A stretch of 64,000 bases of DNA from a virus (taxonomy: Duplodnaviria > Caudoviricetes). The notes beneath the pieces were generated by a model that saw nothing but the letters and a program-made list of their open reading frames with translations, searched no databases and was not told the DNA's origin. The stretch is from positions 1 through 64,000 of the IMG/VR virus record IMGVR_UViG_3300013383_000023. One strand, written 5' to 3'. A program made the position numbers and the translations under genes. Every line of letters starts with the position of its first letter. Position 1 is the first letter of the stretch. Positions 34,899-48,589 of this stretch are shown piece after piece.

Positions 34899-35584
34899 AG
34901 TACTTAGATATATTAATAGGATTTGAGCGAGAGATAAACAAACTCGACGATACGATTAATAAGCCCGCTACTGATGATTCTTTATATTGGCTTAATCAAG
35001 CGGTATCAAAATTTTGCAAATTAAGAACTAATGGTGATTTTATACATCAAACCGGATACGAAGAAACGGAAAAACGATTTAATGATTTGAAAGAATTATT
35101 AACATTCTGTAACTTAGATGTAGAAAAAATCGATAGAACAAATCAATTGTACGATTCTTTTAAATATTAGTATCCACCTGATATGATGTACACTCTAAGC
35201 GAAACATTTGAGGTACAAGATTCTGAAGGAAAAAATAAAACTAATGTTCCAGTATTTGAATGCACTGCGGATAGTTTTATGTATCGCGTTACCAATTCGT
35301 TAACAGACTTTCATTACCGTGGACATTATGCTAGACCTCTTAGGGTAAGAACGTCTGACGGATGTTTGTTGTTGACCGACAAGAAGTATGATATATCAAA
35401 ATATTTTTTGCAATATTTAAGATATCCAACACAAATAACATTGGATAATCCTACTTAGGAATATTCAGATTTTACAGATATAACGCTTTATGAGATAATT
35501 AAAATAGCTGCTCAAATGTATATCGAGAATAAGAAAGATCAACGCTATTAGACATTATCAAATGAAGTAAACACACAAGAATAA
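34895..35584 (+). CDS. Head-tail ring/adaptor protein
   Basis: FEREINK...WLNQA...YEETEKR...YLRYP...EIIKIA; TAG readthrough. Confidence 0.75.
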
Positions 35585-35639
35585 TGCCCAGCCGGTTGGG
35601 TCCGGAATTTAATTAGATAGGGCTTAAATTAATTTTATT

Positions 35640-36674
35640 ATGATTACATACGTAAATACAGTTTTTGTAAATAACGACTCTAAGGGCGTTATTACAACTA
35701 CACCTGCAGCTCCTGTAGACGCTAATACACCTTCTACTGATGCTGGTAAATTTGTTATTGCTAAGACAGCAGATGATATGGGTGAGAAGGTTCGCATCGG
35801 TCTCGTTACTGATAAGATCCAAGTTATTCGTAAGAAGAATGGTAATGCATTCGCTCCAGTAATTCGCTGGACAAATGATATCAAGCCTAAGTGTCTTAAG
35901 TCTTTGAATAGCACAACTTATGAGGCCGACACTGAGGACAAGTATGATATTGAGTTCAATGGTCTTGATGCCGAAGTATTGAAAGATCTTGCTATGGGCG
36001 GTCGTCGTATTGTTGTTCGTCTTCAGTTCAAGGATCTTCCTACACGTTATCGTAAATGGTCTGAGACTTATGAGTACGTAACTAAGGAAGGCGATACGAA
36101 GGAAACAATCGCTAAAGGCATTGCTAATACTATTAACTATCAGTATAAGCGCGCTCGTGTAAACGCTACAGTTGCTGGTACAAAACTCACACTCGAGGCT
36201 ATGCCTTATGATGACGACAATGTTGTTGATTCTATTAGCTGGGCAGCTAAGGTGCGTTTCACATGCAATGTGTATTACACAAATCCTAAGGATGCTGCTT
36301 TTGCTTCTAACAATAAGTACTTCTTGAAGGGTGTTACTATTAATAAGACTCCTGGTAAATGGTATGCAGCTTCCGCTAAGCTTGTTCGCGATCGTGAGGC
36401 TCAGTCATTTGGTTATATGGGTATCCTTAACCGTGGTGAAGGTACATATCCTATTATCAAGCCAGATCTTCAGACAAAGCTTGATGGTAAGTACGACTCT
36501 GTAACTCTTGAGTTTGAGAATACTTATCGTACAGCTGATGATTGGATTAAGACAAACAAGCAGTCTGTTGAAATCTACGTAAACACTGGTAAAGGAGCTG
36601 ATGTACTTAAGGCTATACAAACAGCTTTTGGTATCGCAACTGCCGATAAGAGTGCAAGTGATACTAGTCACTAA
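35640..36674 (+). CDS. Abundant structural protein (auxiliary capsid / tail-like), 344 aa
   Basis: No TAG; MCP-like codon bias; followed by a terminator. Confidence 0.7.
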   Translation: MITYVNTVFVNNDSKGVITTTPAAPVDANTPSTDAGKFVIAKTADDMGEKVRIGLVTDKIQVIRKKNGNAFAPVIRWTNDIKPKCLKSLNSTTYEADTEDKYDIEFNGLDAEVLKDLAMGGRRIVVRLQFKDLPTRYRKWSETYEYVTKEGDTKETIAKGIANTINYQYKRARVNATVAGTKLTLEAMPYDDDNVVDSISWAAKVRFTCNVYYTNPKDAAFASNNKYFLKGVTINKTPGKWYAASAKLVRDREAQSFGYMGILNRGEGTYPIIKPDLQTKLDGKYDSVTLEFENTYRTADDWIKTNKQSVEIYVNTGKGADVLKAIQTAFGIATADKSASDTSH

Positions 36675-36682
36675 TAACATAT

Positions 36683-36725
36683 AATGCTAGGGTGGGGCTC
36701 TGCCCTGTTCTAGCATTTATTTTTT
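36683..36725 (+). terminator. Intrinsic terminator
   Basis: AATGCTAGGGTGGGGC-TCT-GCCCTGTTCTAGCATT followed by a T-run. Confidence 0.8.
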
Positions 36726-36747
36726 ATTTACATTAATACTTATAAGA

Positions 36748-37704
36748 ATGGGAAATTTAAATATTCATTGCTGCCCATCTACTTAGTATGATATAAATCG
36801 TTGTGGTCTTCCTATATATCATGTAACTATTCCAGAATGCGATTGCGGACATTATTGCAACAATCATCATTCTTGTCACTATAATGGATTTGGAGTAAAT
36901 CCGGATTGGTGTAGAATTTATTATCACAATTGCTATTTGGATAATCAATGTGGCAATCATTGTGGAATTAATAATATTTTCTTTAGCAATGATAGTGTTA
37001 CTGATGTTATAGTGGGAAATATTGGATTTGTTATAGCTGTGTTAAGTCCATGTGATTCAGATAACGATTGCTCTTGGGAGTACGATAATACTGTATTAAA
37101 GGCTATTAATGATAAAGGTAACACGTTTACATTTATGGCTATATCTGTTAGTAAATATGGAGAACCATGTTCTACTACGGTAACTTGTCGCAGTAAAAAG
37201 AATCCAGACGTATTTAATACTATTGATGTAAATGTGTATGATTATGCCGATTCTATAACAATCGCATTCCAAAAATAGTTTAACTATGTAAATTATCACA
37301 AGACTCTCGAGTTTACTCCTATTGTTAATCTTATTAGCGGATATCATCTTATAGATGATAAAGATAATGTTATGATCGTTAAAATTATTGATGGCGAAGA
37401 TTATGCACAATTATCTAAATCCGATACTGGTGTGTATACGCTGTATAACAATAATGATACTGAAAACAATAAGTCTGTGACAATTCAAGTAATGTCTAAT
37501 ATCTGCGCTCAGAATAAGAGTATGATATATAAAAACTATACATTCGAATTGCGCAATCAAGCTAATTCCGCAGAAGAATCAGAAGATGTTTATATGATTG
37601 ATACTAAATATGATTCAGCAAATCATACATTTACTTACGATATGACCAACAATGTGATTCATACTAATTCAATAGCAAACGAATTTGACTTTTACAAGAA
37701 ATAA
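36748..37704 (+). CDS. Cys/His-rich N-terminus plus Ig-like domains, 318 aa
   Basis: ATG 36748 in frame with track ORFs 36937 and 37372. Confidence 0.65.
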
Positions 37705-38132
37705 TGAACATATTACTTAAAAGAATAGCCAAGCGTGATAAATACACAATTGGCAAATTGTACATAAATGGCACTTATTTCTGTGACACTATTGAAGATA
37801 AGGATCGTGGATTAACTTAGCAAATGAGCAATACAGAAATATCTAAGATAAAAGTATACGCTCAAACTGCTATACCTACTGGTAAATATCAAATTGTAAT
37901 GACGTATAGTTCTAAATTTAAGAAAGTAATGCCCCTTTTATTAAATGTTCCAGGATTTGCTGGCATCAGAATACATTCTGGCAATACGGCAGACGATACA
38001 GAAGGATGTATTATTACTGGATAGAACAAAGTTGTAGGCAAGGTCATTAATTCAAGAGTTACCACAGACAAATTATATAGTATAATCAAAGAGGCTTGCA
38101 TTAAAGAAAAAGTTTATATAACTATATAGTGA
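37704..38132 (+). CDS. DUF5675-family protein (L,D-transpeptidase-like, candidate endolysin)
   Basis: LKRIAKRDKYTIGKLYING.YFCDTIED...AIPTGKY...GIRIHSGNTADDTEGCI; sits directly before the holin. Confidence 0.8.
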
Positions 38133-38133
38133 T

Positions 38134-38661
38134 ATGGCAATTCTAAATTCTATTGTACATATGTATAATGCCGTAAGTGGTGGCACCGCATTAGGTAAGA
38201 TTGGAATAACAATCGGCGCTCTATTAGCGTCATACATAGCGCCAATAAGTGGATTACTATTATCATGCTTTGCGTTTACTGTAGCCGATTTAATTTACGG
38301 TATAAAAGTAGCCAAACGACAAGGATAGAAGATCACTAGCGAGAAGGGTTGGAAGGGCACCCTTAAGAAAATATTAGACGAATTCGCAATCATACTATTA
38401 GCTAGATTATTAGAGTTGTCAGTAATCGGAGAACACGGTGTTTTCGTATTAACTGGTGGAACTACTGTAATAATTGCTCTTACTGAATTATGGTCTATAT
38501 TGGAGAATCTTAATACATTAAATCCAAAAGGGCCATGGAGAGGATTGTCAAAATTCTTACGTAAGAAAGGAGAATAGTATACTGGTGTTGATTTGGAAAA
38601 TTTATAGACGATTAAAGATGAAAGTAATAACAACGATAATAAGTTGGATACTGCAAAATAA
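38134..38661 (+). CDS. Holin (phage holin 4-like), 175 aa
   Basis: Several TM segments; DLIYGI...ITSEKGW...ELWSILENL; three TAGs. Confidence 0.8.
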
Positions 38662-39268
38662 AAGAATCGCCTTAGAGGCCATTTTAAGCCTCTTGGTGGC
38701 ATTATCTTTACTGTATGGGATAACTATGCGTAATAATAATAAAAAGCTCACAGAGGACTTAAAAATAGCTAATAATAACATTGAGGCCTATTAGGGGTTA
38801 CTTAGTAACTCTTAGTAGGCCAATAGTGTTTTATAGCTACGTGTGAAAGATTTGTAGTAGACAAATGATAAGTAGATTAAAGATTTAGTATATGTAGCGA
38901 AGAAGAATAACGTCAAAACTAAACAAATAAAGGCTGCGGCAACCCAAACGCAAATTATAGACGTTACGAGTGAAAACGAGACTAGTATTCCATTAGTAAA
39001 AGATATTATAATACAGGATAGTATTATATATAATATATATACTAAGTTATACTATACTATATAGAAAGATAGTATAAAGACTAAGTTAAATGTATCTAAT
39101 AAACAAGATCTTATAGTATATACTAAACGTGAATACAAGAATAAGAAATGCTTTTTAAAACGTTTATTTACATTAGATTTTAAAAAGATAGATAAGATTT
39201 AGTATAAAATAATAAACTCTAATGACTTGATCAAATAGGACAGTGTTAGAGTAATACAAATACAATAA
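38618..39268 (+). CDS. Spanin-like protein, 216 aa, 10 TAG codons
   Basis: N-terminal TM, coiled coil and beta-rich C-terminus; follows the holin. Confidence 0.65.
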
Positions 39269-39269
39269 T

Positions 39270-39950
39270 ATGAAAACATTTTCACTCCGTACATTGATAG
39301 ACGATATACTATTAATGATACGAAATAATAATATTAGTGAGAGTGAAGACTTCTCTAGAGCTTAGATAAGAGCGTGGATAATGCAATATAAGGCAGCTCT
39401 TATAAAGCAGGCTCATGATAAAGATGAAGAAACTGCCGAAGATGAAGACATAGACGATACTTATGTATCTATGAAGGGACCTCTAGAATTAGAAGAGGTT
39501 GAATCTTTGGACGATAATCACTTATTCACTAGAAGAACTAAAGAAGAAATACCGCAGCTATTTGATAAAAGCCCAAGGTCAATTATATCGGTGACTGATC
39601 AATCTGGCTGTACGATACAACAAATGCCGCAAGAACGTAGACATTTTCATTGGTTCAGAAGATATACTTATTCTGAACTTACGTATTACTATGAGAATGG
39701 AAGAATATATATTCAAGGCAATATTGATTGCGATAGGCTTAAATATATATTTGTTACTGGTATATGGGATGATAGTTCAGATGATACTGATGAAGATGAT
39801 GTTGATATACCAGGATGGATGGTCCCTCAGATTAAACAGTTTATCATTAAGAACGAATTAGCATTTATGTTAAGACTTCCAAGTGATGATACCAACAACG
39901 CGACATTACAAGGAATTAAACCTCATGGACCACAAGATACGCAGAAATAA
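39270..39950 (+). CDS. Ring/adaptor structural protein
   Basis: ATG 39270 in frame with track ORF 39381 (one TAG). Confidence 0.7.
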
Positions 39951-40383
39951 AAAATCGTATACTATCTATGACATGTACAGAAATTTTGACGAGAATGTGT
40001 CTTATTTTGATTTTAAGCGCATTTTGTCAGAGTTTAATAAACTTGTACTAGAATCTATTTAGGATCGCTCAGAGGGCTTTAAAATGCCCTATGGGCTTGG
40101 TTATATATGTATTGTTAAATATAGACCCAAATCGTTATCAAAAGAATGTTTGTCGATAGACTATAAAGCATCTAGAGAATACAATAAGCATATATATCAT
40201 TTAAATGAACATTCGGATGGGTATAAGTTTAGATTGTTTTGGTCTAAGCTTCCGCAAACATTTCCAGATAGATATAAGTATTAGTTACAGTTCGTTAGAT
40301 AGAATAAAAGACGATTAGCGCAAAATATATTTAATAACAAAGATTATATAAATATAAATGATTTACAAATATACAAAATGTGA
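39925..40383 (+). CDS. HU/IHF-like protein
   Basis: FKRILSEFNKLVLESI...FKMPYGLGYICIVK; TAG readthrough. Confidence 0.65.
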
Positions 40384-41194
40384 GTCTGTTATAGCGAAAA
40401 TATTAGCAGACTTAGATGCTTCTGAAAAGAATAATCGCATTACAGATATTCGTGAGTGGATCTTTGAGGCTATGGAAAAAATTGGTGCGCCATTACAATA
40501 TGTTACGAAAGAGTCGGAATCAATGCCAATATGTGATTATTAGGTTCCGATTCCTGATGATTTGCACGACTTAATGACTGTAGCGTATTCGGCGACTCCG
40601 GATGGCCCATGGATACCAATGAGAACTAATACATCTTCTTTCAGAGAACCAGATCATCGTAAATTCTCGCATACAGAAGTACCAATAGTTGAAAAACTTC
40701 CAACAACTCAAGCTGAATTATATACATATAAAGGCGAACTTGAATTACAAAGACATTTAAATGACGTTGAAGAATTAACATATTTCTTAAAACCAGGATG
40801 GATAGTAACAAACAGAGAACATGGGTTTGTTAAAATTTCATATAGAAGTATTACTACCGACGAACGAGGTTATCCATTAATACCAGATTTGTCTTCATAT
40901 CAAGAAGCTATATATTGGTATGTTGTTATGAAATTGAAATTCCCAAGATATTTGAATGGATAGCTTGGCGGCCATAGAAAGTATACGGCGGAAATATATA
41001 ATACGATTGTTAGAAACTGGAACTTCTATAGAAATCAAGCTTATGCTGAAGCATTAATGCCTACCGAAGGAGATATGAGAACAATAAAGAATCAATGGAA
41101 TAAACTTATCCCAGATTGGGATTCAGATGATTATTTGTTTGCTCCAGTTGGTAGACGACAAATGAATTATAACGATTACTATTATGGATATTAA
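40358..41194 (+). CDS. Tail tubular/ring protein
   Basis: IREWIFEAMEKIG...TDERGYPLIPD...AIYWYV; directly upstream of the stabilisation protein. Confidence 0.7.
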
Positions 41195-44100
41195 TAACAA
41201 TTAGCAGCAGAATACATTTGAAGGCGGAATGAATTCCGATACTTCAGATACTAGACTTTCTCCGAATTAGTATAGAGAAGCTAGAAATGTTAGACTTGTT
41301 ACTAATACTGGTAATAATTCTGCAGAAATTCACATGATAGAAGGCGTTGCTAAAGTTGGCGATCTGTATAATACAAAATAGATTCTCGCTACTACAAGTA
41401 TCCGTGATTATGGAATTATAGTTGCAGACACATCCTCCGATACTAAATCGTTTAATGTATTCTACTTTAAAAATAAGAATAATAATGTAGAATTAGAACA
41501 TTATGATTTTGGAGACATAAAACAAGTATTTAAACAGAATATAAGCGGTAATTTATAGAAGCCTGTAGATATTACTTGTAGATGGGAGAATGATAATCTA
41601 CTTAAATTATATATAGCGGATGGCAAAAATCCAATGATGCTTATTAATATATTTAAAAATTATGATGCAAATATAAGTATCGATGATTTAAGTATATACC
41701 CATCTGTAATTTTTAGTAAGCCAATATTTGAAGGATTTATTAACGGGACACTTGAAGGCGGGTTATACCAATATTCATACAGGCTATATAATAAAAATGG
41801 ATAGGCATCAGAAATATCTCCAGCCACTAATCTAATACCAATGGTATCATAGTCTGGTGATTACTATAATGGAGTTGAACAGGGTAAACCTTCTGGAAAC
41901 GGAATTTAGATAAGCATCGATGTTAACTATAATAAACTTGAATATATTCAAATAATCCGTACTCATTATGTTGAAGCTGGACAAGATCCTATTATAGAAA
42001 TTATATACGATTCAAAGCTTACAGATGATTCATTTGTTTTTTCTGATTATGGAATAAAAGCGTATTAGACATTGACTCTTGAAGAATACAATTCTATGTC
42101 TGGAGAACATATCATTCCAAAAACAATAGAATCTAAGAATGATTATTTGTTTGCAGGATGTATTAAAAAGTTTGAATCATACGATAATAACATAAAATCT
42201 GTATTTAACAATTTTGACGCCAGGTCATATTCGTGCGACATAGATGGATATGTTACGCTGTATAATCAGAATGAATAGTTAGAGTCAAGATTTAAAATAG
42301 ATGAAATTCCGGAACTCAATGACAATAATAAAGAATGGGATTGCATAAATAAGACTGGCAAATACTATGATGGAAACAGTCTCGAATATGGAGGTAGGGG
42401 AAAATACATAAGTTGGAAGTTTGTAACTGCAGATTTATATGAAGATACTACTCCGTGTGAAAAGAATACACTCGATAACGACTGTGTTTTATATGATAGT
42501 TAGCAAGAGTATTATATACACAACTAGGGCAAAGACATGGTTCCTAATGTAGCTTATAATGAATATATAGGAACTGTATTACCTTGTATAAGAAAGAAAT
42601 CTGAAAAAGTACATAAGATAACAACTCATACTATAAAACGTAATGGAGGTGCTGGATCTTATTATTATATTAATCTAAATGGCGTTAATTGGGAAAATGA
42701 ATTTAGTCCTAATTATGGAGATCCATCAGTAGCATATTCTTTAAAATCATTAAGACGAGGAGAAACGTATAGATACGCAATTGTGTTTTACGATAGATTC
42801 GGATTAACTACTGAAGCTAAATGGATAGCAGATATAAAAGTTCCAGAACTGTATGATAATGGATTTAATACATTCACGGCACACGGTGGAACTGGAGACA
42901 TAATATGCGAATCGAATGGATTCCGTTCAACAAGATGTGATTTAGTTACGCATCCTATTGGCATTAGATTCGAAGTAAATCTTCCAGATGAAATTCGAAA
43001 TAATATAATTGGTTACGAAATAGTAAGATGTAATAGATCTGAATAGAATATACGTAATCTTATGTAGGGCGTATTAGCTAGACCTATTAATGTAAAAGGC
43101 TATATGGATGGTGTAAGAACAGAAAAGTCTTATACTCCTACAGGATATTTATCTACTTGTAGATATTGGACTGGCTCTCAAATAAGATACGCAAAAGGAC
43201 AAAGCGCTGTTGACGAAGATGCTAAAAACGGAATTATTTATGAATCTGATAATTCTGAAAACTTTAATTTGTATTAGTTTATATCGGCAGAAACAACGTT
43301 TCAACCAGATAGTGCTGAATACTTACTTAAAAATAAGAATGTGACGCTAGCTGCTCAAAGGTATTTGTTCGGACAAAGTTGGGATCAACCTATAAATTCA
43401 TGGAGTGGAACAGAATCTTACGCTACAAATTTGAATAAAATTGCACTCGGCAGAATTGTAAAACCTGGCCCATATAATACAACCGTTAGATTCGGTGGAG
43501 TGTCATCTCCTAATTATAGAGACAGTAATAGACACGACTTAGAAAATGTGTATGGATTCGGGACTCAATCTTCAGCAAGCGTATTATTCCCATTTGATGT
43601 AGCTATAAAAAGACAAGGAATGGAATCTACTGACGAATTTAGACATTCTTGGTCAATGGCCATCTCGGATAAATATCAGCAATGGTATCAGAATTCGTAT
43701 TTCGACTTTAATAAAAATTCCAAACGTGCATATTCTATAGTTGGTTCAAATATTTCAGATATAACTCCTTATTGCTTTTCTTACATAAAATTATATGAGC
43801 AATCTGATGATATAACATATAGGCAAACGAATACTTCTCATAACGGAAGAATGACAACATTTTCAGCGTTTACTGGAGATTATGATAATGGAAATACATA
43901 GCAGTTTAGAAGCCTATATAATCAATATCCATATCATCTCAGTAAAGTTCAAAATGTAACTGTTGGAATTAATGATTGTAAGATGGCTTCAACTTATGAT
44001 TATTATAAGTTATTTAATGAAAGTACTGATGGTAATTCGGAAAATAAATCTATTCAGTTTAATTATTCAAATCAAGATAGTGTTGATGGATTTACTTATT

Positions 44101-46097
44101 ACAACAACGTTGTAGAAATAGCAATTGGTCAATCGTTGGATGAAGAGTTTTTAAATAGAACTGATTATGCAGGAGAGGAATTCAGAGACAATTATAAAGG
44201 TTGGTCTAATACTATATTCGGAATTGGTGGAAGATGCATGTTGTTGTCGTTAAATTATCAAGACATATCACAAAACGCAGCAACGTTCTATAATACATCG
44301 GCTGCTACTTCTAGATATAATGAAAATGATGCGATAGTATATCCTAATTATACTGTGACATAGCCATTACCAGATTATATATACAGTTATTATTACAACG
44401 ATCATAAGTATGACGTCAGACAGAATTATATCGTAAACGGATAGAATATATTTAGTAAGTATTTAGGCGGATTGGATTATCAAATAATCGATAATAAAAA
44501 GTCTAATATTTATAAAGCCAGTATGTTCGGTACATTCTTATGTAATATATAGCAAACACCAGATATATATGGAGGTCAATCTTATCAAGACAGAAAGCAG
44601 AATATATATTACAGCTATGGCGATTTCCACACTCCTGTATCATATAGAGATGACATTTTCGTATTTGATGGAGATACTTATATAGTACCATTAGAATATG
44701 TGTCAATGCATAAGTGGGCTACGTCTGATAGGCGCGTTAAGAACCCAATGAGGACGTCTATAATTTATTCTATTCCAGTTGAGACTAGTATTAATGTAGA
44801 CTTATCGTATGGTCATGAATTTAGTAAACATGCACTTGGCAAATCAGAGGGAAGCCCTACTACATTCTTACAAATAAATCCGACTGTTGATCAGAATGCT
44901 GGATATACTCAATCTGATAAGTTATATTCTTATAATGGTGTATTCTCTACTAATCAAAAAGCTAGATTATTTTCAGCCGATCAACAAGAGAAAGATTACG
45001 AAACAAGCATAGATTATCGTACATATTATTCTTCACCGATGGAGGCAAACGAAAGAATAGATAGCTGGACAAAGTTCTAGACTTCAAACTTCTTAGATGT
45101 TGATACTAGATATGGTGCAATAAATAAACTTAGAACATTCTAGAATCAATTATTATTCTGGCAAGACAGAGCTTTTGGTAAGTTTGCGGTTAATGAGAGA
45201 GCTATTATAACAGACAATTCTAACGCTGCGTTACAACTTGGCACGGGCGGAGTATTAGAAAGATATGATTACATATCCAATATACACGGAATGAAACGTG
45301 GGCAGATTACCGACACTCAGTCTGATAAAGCTTTGTATTGGTGGGATGGAAACAATTTCGATATACTTCAATATTCTAGTTAGCTTACCAATATATCTAA
45401 GTCTAATAACATTTAGAATTATTTAATGTAGAATGTAAGTAGATTTGACAGAAATCCAAGATCTACATTTGATTATAAATATAGAGAGGCAATATTCTCA
45501 ATACTTTCTAAAACCGATTCTCAAGACGGACAATCTCTTATATTCAATGAAGATACTGGCACATTTACATCGGTAAATGATACGCATGATAATATGACTC
45601 CGCTTGCTATAAATTTTGATTTGTGCAAATACTTTATAACAGATAAGTTTATTTATAAGAGCAATACTAGTGTTAATAAGCATGCATATTCTATATCTGA
45701 AAAGCAAATTAAACCATATATCAAATACGTGGTTAACAATTCATATTAGATTCCTAAGGTGTTTGATATTCAAACGTTTGGCGGATACTTCTAGGATGAA
45801 TCTGAAAATAATATTTGGGACAATAAGAATGATTTAGGATTAAACTTCTTTACACGGAATTCTACTATAAAAGATGACTAGTATTATCAAATATCTAATA
45901 TAGAAGGATCCTAGATAACTAATAGAGAATATGATTATAGATTAGACATACCTAGAGCCAAAGTTGACGGTAAGCCTAGTTTGTTTGGAAATAGAATGAG
46001 AGGAAAAACTATGACTGTTGAGATGTATTCTAATAGTAATAGTGTTGATTTTTCATTACAATATATAATTACTAAATATAGAATATCATGCAGTTAA
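41184..46097 (+). CDS. Tail stabilisation (muzzle) protein, 1637 aa
   Basis: NTFEGGMNSD N-terminus; SLRRGETYRYAIVFYD, GYEIVR, FDGDTY and LGTGGVLERYDY; all track fragments share a frame. Confidence 0.85.
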
Positions 46098-46876
46098 AAT
46101 AGATAAAATACATTAAGAATAATCATTGTTTGTCAGGATTTGCTGAAGGTGTAGATGGTAATTCAAGTTAGAGTGTAGTTTAGCAGATGATTAATGATCC
46201 AGACTTTAAGACAATCGGTATTCAGTAGTATGATGCGTCGAAATATGTAAAAAACTTATCTACGGACGAATTGTCTAATTTTAAACCAGTATTTCCTAAA
46301 ACTGGCGCTACATCGTCATTTAATATCGGAGGAGCGTTAAATAAAGCTGGAGGTATAGCATCGTCTGCGTTAGGTGCATTTTCTGCAATAAATAATGCAT
46401 TTCATGCGCCAGTTAAATCTGAAAGACAAATGAATTCTGAAGCTGGAATAAGCAGGCAGTCTATAAATGGCGTATCTACATAGTTGTAGAATGATGTAGA
46501 TACAGCAGGATAGATTAAAGAAATAAACGCTGAGAATACACAAAACACATTGGCTGCAGCAGGAGCTGGAGCACAAGTTGGATAGAAAGTTGGTAGTCTT
46601 CTTGGCCCGATTGGAGGTTTAGCTGGTGGCGTCATAGGTGGAATTGGAGGATTTGTTGCTGGAATATTCGGAGGTAAGAACAGAAAGCGCAAATTAATGG
46701 CCAGAATACGTACTGCAAATATAAATAATGCGTTAGGCAATAATCAGCGATTAAGTTATGCTAATACACAAGGCCTTCAATAGCAATATGATGCAAATCA
46801 CGAAAACACAGAAGACGATTTATTGTATGCGAACTTTGGTAAAAGTTCATTAAGAATGATTAGATATGTTAAATAA
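46088..46876 (+). CDS. Virion cargo/ejection protein with glycine-zipper TM, 262 aa
   Basis: GSLLGPIGGLAGGVIGGIGGFVAGIFGG; TAG readthrough. Confidence 0.7.
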
Positions 46877-48587
46877 TAAACAATTAGGTAAAATATGGAC
46901 GCCTGAAGGTCCTTCTTATGGCCCAGTAAATAGTCTTGTTGGTAAGGGAGAATCTATTGTAAACCTATAGGATTAGACTGGATCTATTGTTAGAGATGGT
47001 TAGTACGGACAAGATACAATCCCGTCAAACGTTAAACAAAATGATGACAATACTATATTTGGTAATCTGTTAAGACCTAATGGTCAAGAGACATTTGCAT
47101 AGGCGGCAGCTCCATACACACAACAACTTGAACAAATAAATAATATGGAGAAGAAGTATAAAAATTATGGAGATCGTAGTTCGTTGTCAAAAAGAACAGC
47201 AGAATTCCAATAGATGCAATTTAATAAAATAAAGTAGCCAATAATGCAGAACCTTAATAATCTCGCACAAGAACAAGTTAAAGTTCATCAGATGCAGCAA
47301 TAGCAACAATACAATTGTGGTAAATTACCTGGATTTGAAATAGGGGCAGATGGATTTTATAATTATCTTCAAGGAAATACTGGTTTTAAATATTTTGATA
47401 ATGATTATCTGGCAAGAACTCCAAATTACATTCCAATGATTGGTTAGGCTAAATTCTTGTCTTCTAATAAAGCCGGCAATACAGATGGAGCTTATACTCC
47501 TTGGAATGGTATGGGGAGATCCGCACAATGGATGGAAAATATGCCAGGATATTGGGATGCGACATTAACGATGCTTAATGGAGAAGGAAAACCAAACCCA
47601 ATATTTAATGCTGCGGTAAATGGCAATATTCCTTACACTAAGAACCAGCCTAATATATTAGGTAGATTTGAAGGGCTTTATGGCCCACAGCATGCTTCTC
47701 CAGATATGGAATCTGATTATATAAAGCCTGTACTTGGCAATTTCGCTAGAAGGGTTCCAAGATATAACCCATTAGATGGCAAAGCTCCAACATTAGACTA
47801 GCTGTCAATATTAACAAATAAACCATACTCTACCGATAGAAATGGATTGTTAGTAAATAAGTATTATACTGGAGGTCTTAAGTCTGACGCTCCGACAGAA
47901 AATAAATATAGCCCAGAAGGCCGTAAATCATTCTGGAAACGATTGAGTGATAAACTTACTCTAAATCCAAATGATATTGGTGATTATCATACTATCCCAA
48001 GCCTTGCTACAGCTGGAGTTGGTTTAATGTAGTATTTAAGAGCTTAGAAAGACGATCCTAAGGGTTCTGATGTATACGCTAGAAACAATTATGAAGATGA
48101 AGGTCTTAGAGGTCTTGCTGGGCTTAGACAGAATCCTTACGAAATACTTCGTCAAATGTATGATGCTGAGCGTCGTGGCGCATATTCAATAGCAAATTCT
48201 GCTAACCAAATTGGTAAAGCGAATCAAAGAGTGGCATTAGCATTAGGTTCGCAATCTAATATGGCTAAACAATTAACTGCTATAAACGAAGCCAACCTTA
48301 ATCGTAAACAACATTATTATGATCAAGCTTTATCTACTGGAGCTCAGAATGCATCTAGAAGACAAGATGCTAATAAGTACGATTTTGAGACATTTACTAA
48401 AGCTCATGCCGCAAAGGAGCAAATGAAACAAATGGGATTACGAAATGCATTATCCGCATTGTGGCAATATAATGCTAATGCATTTAAACGTGACATGGGA
48501 AATAAACAACTTAAATTATATAACAAAACGCTCAATCAAGACCAAGCTAGATTACTTGCTCAGATTGCTGCTCAATACAATATTTAA
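46866..48587 (+). CDS. Virion cargo/ejection protein, 573 aa
   Basis: Track ORFs 47457, 47847 and 48156 are in frame with ATG 46866. Confidence 0.7.
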
Positions 48588-48589
48588 TT

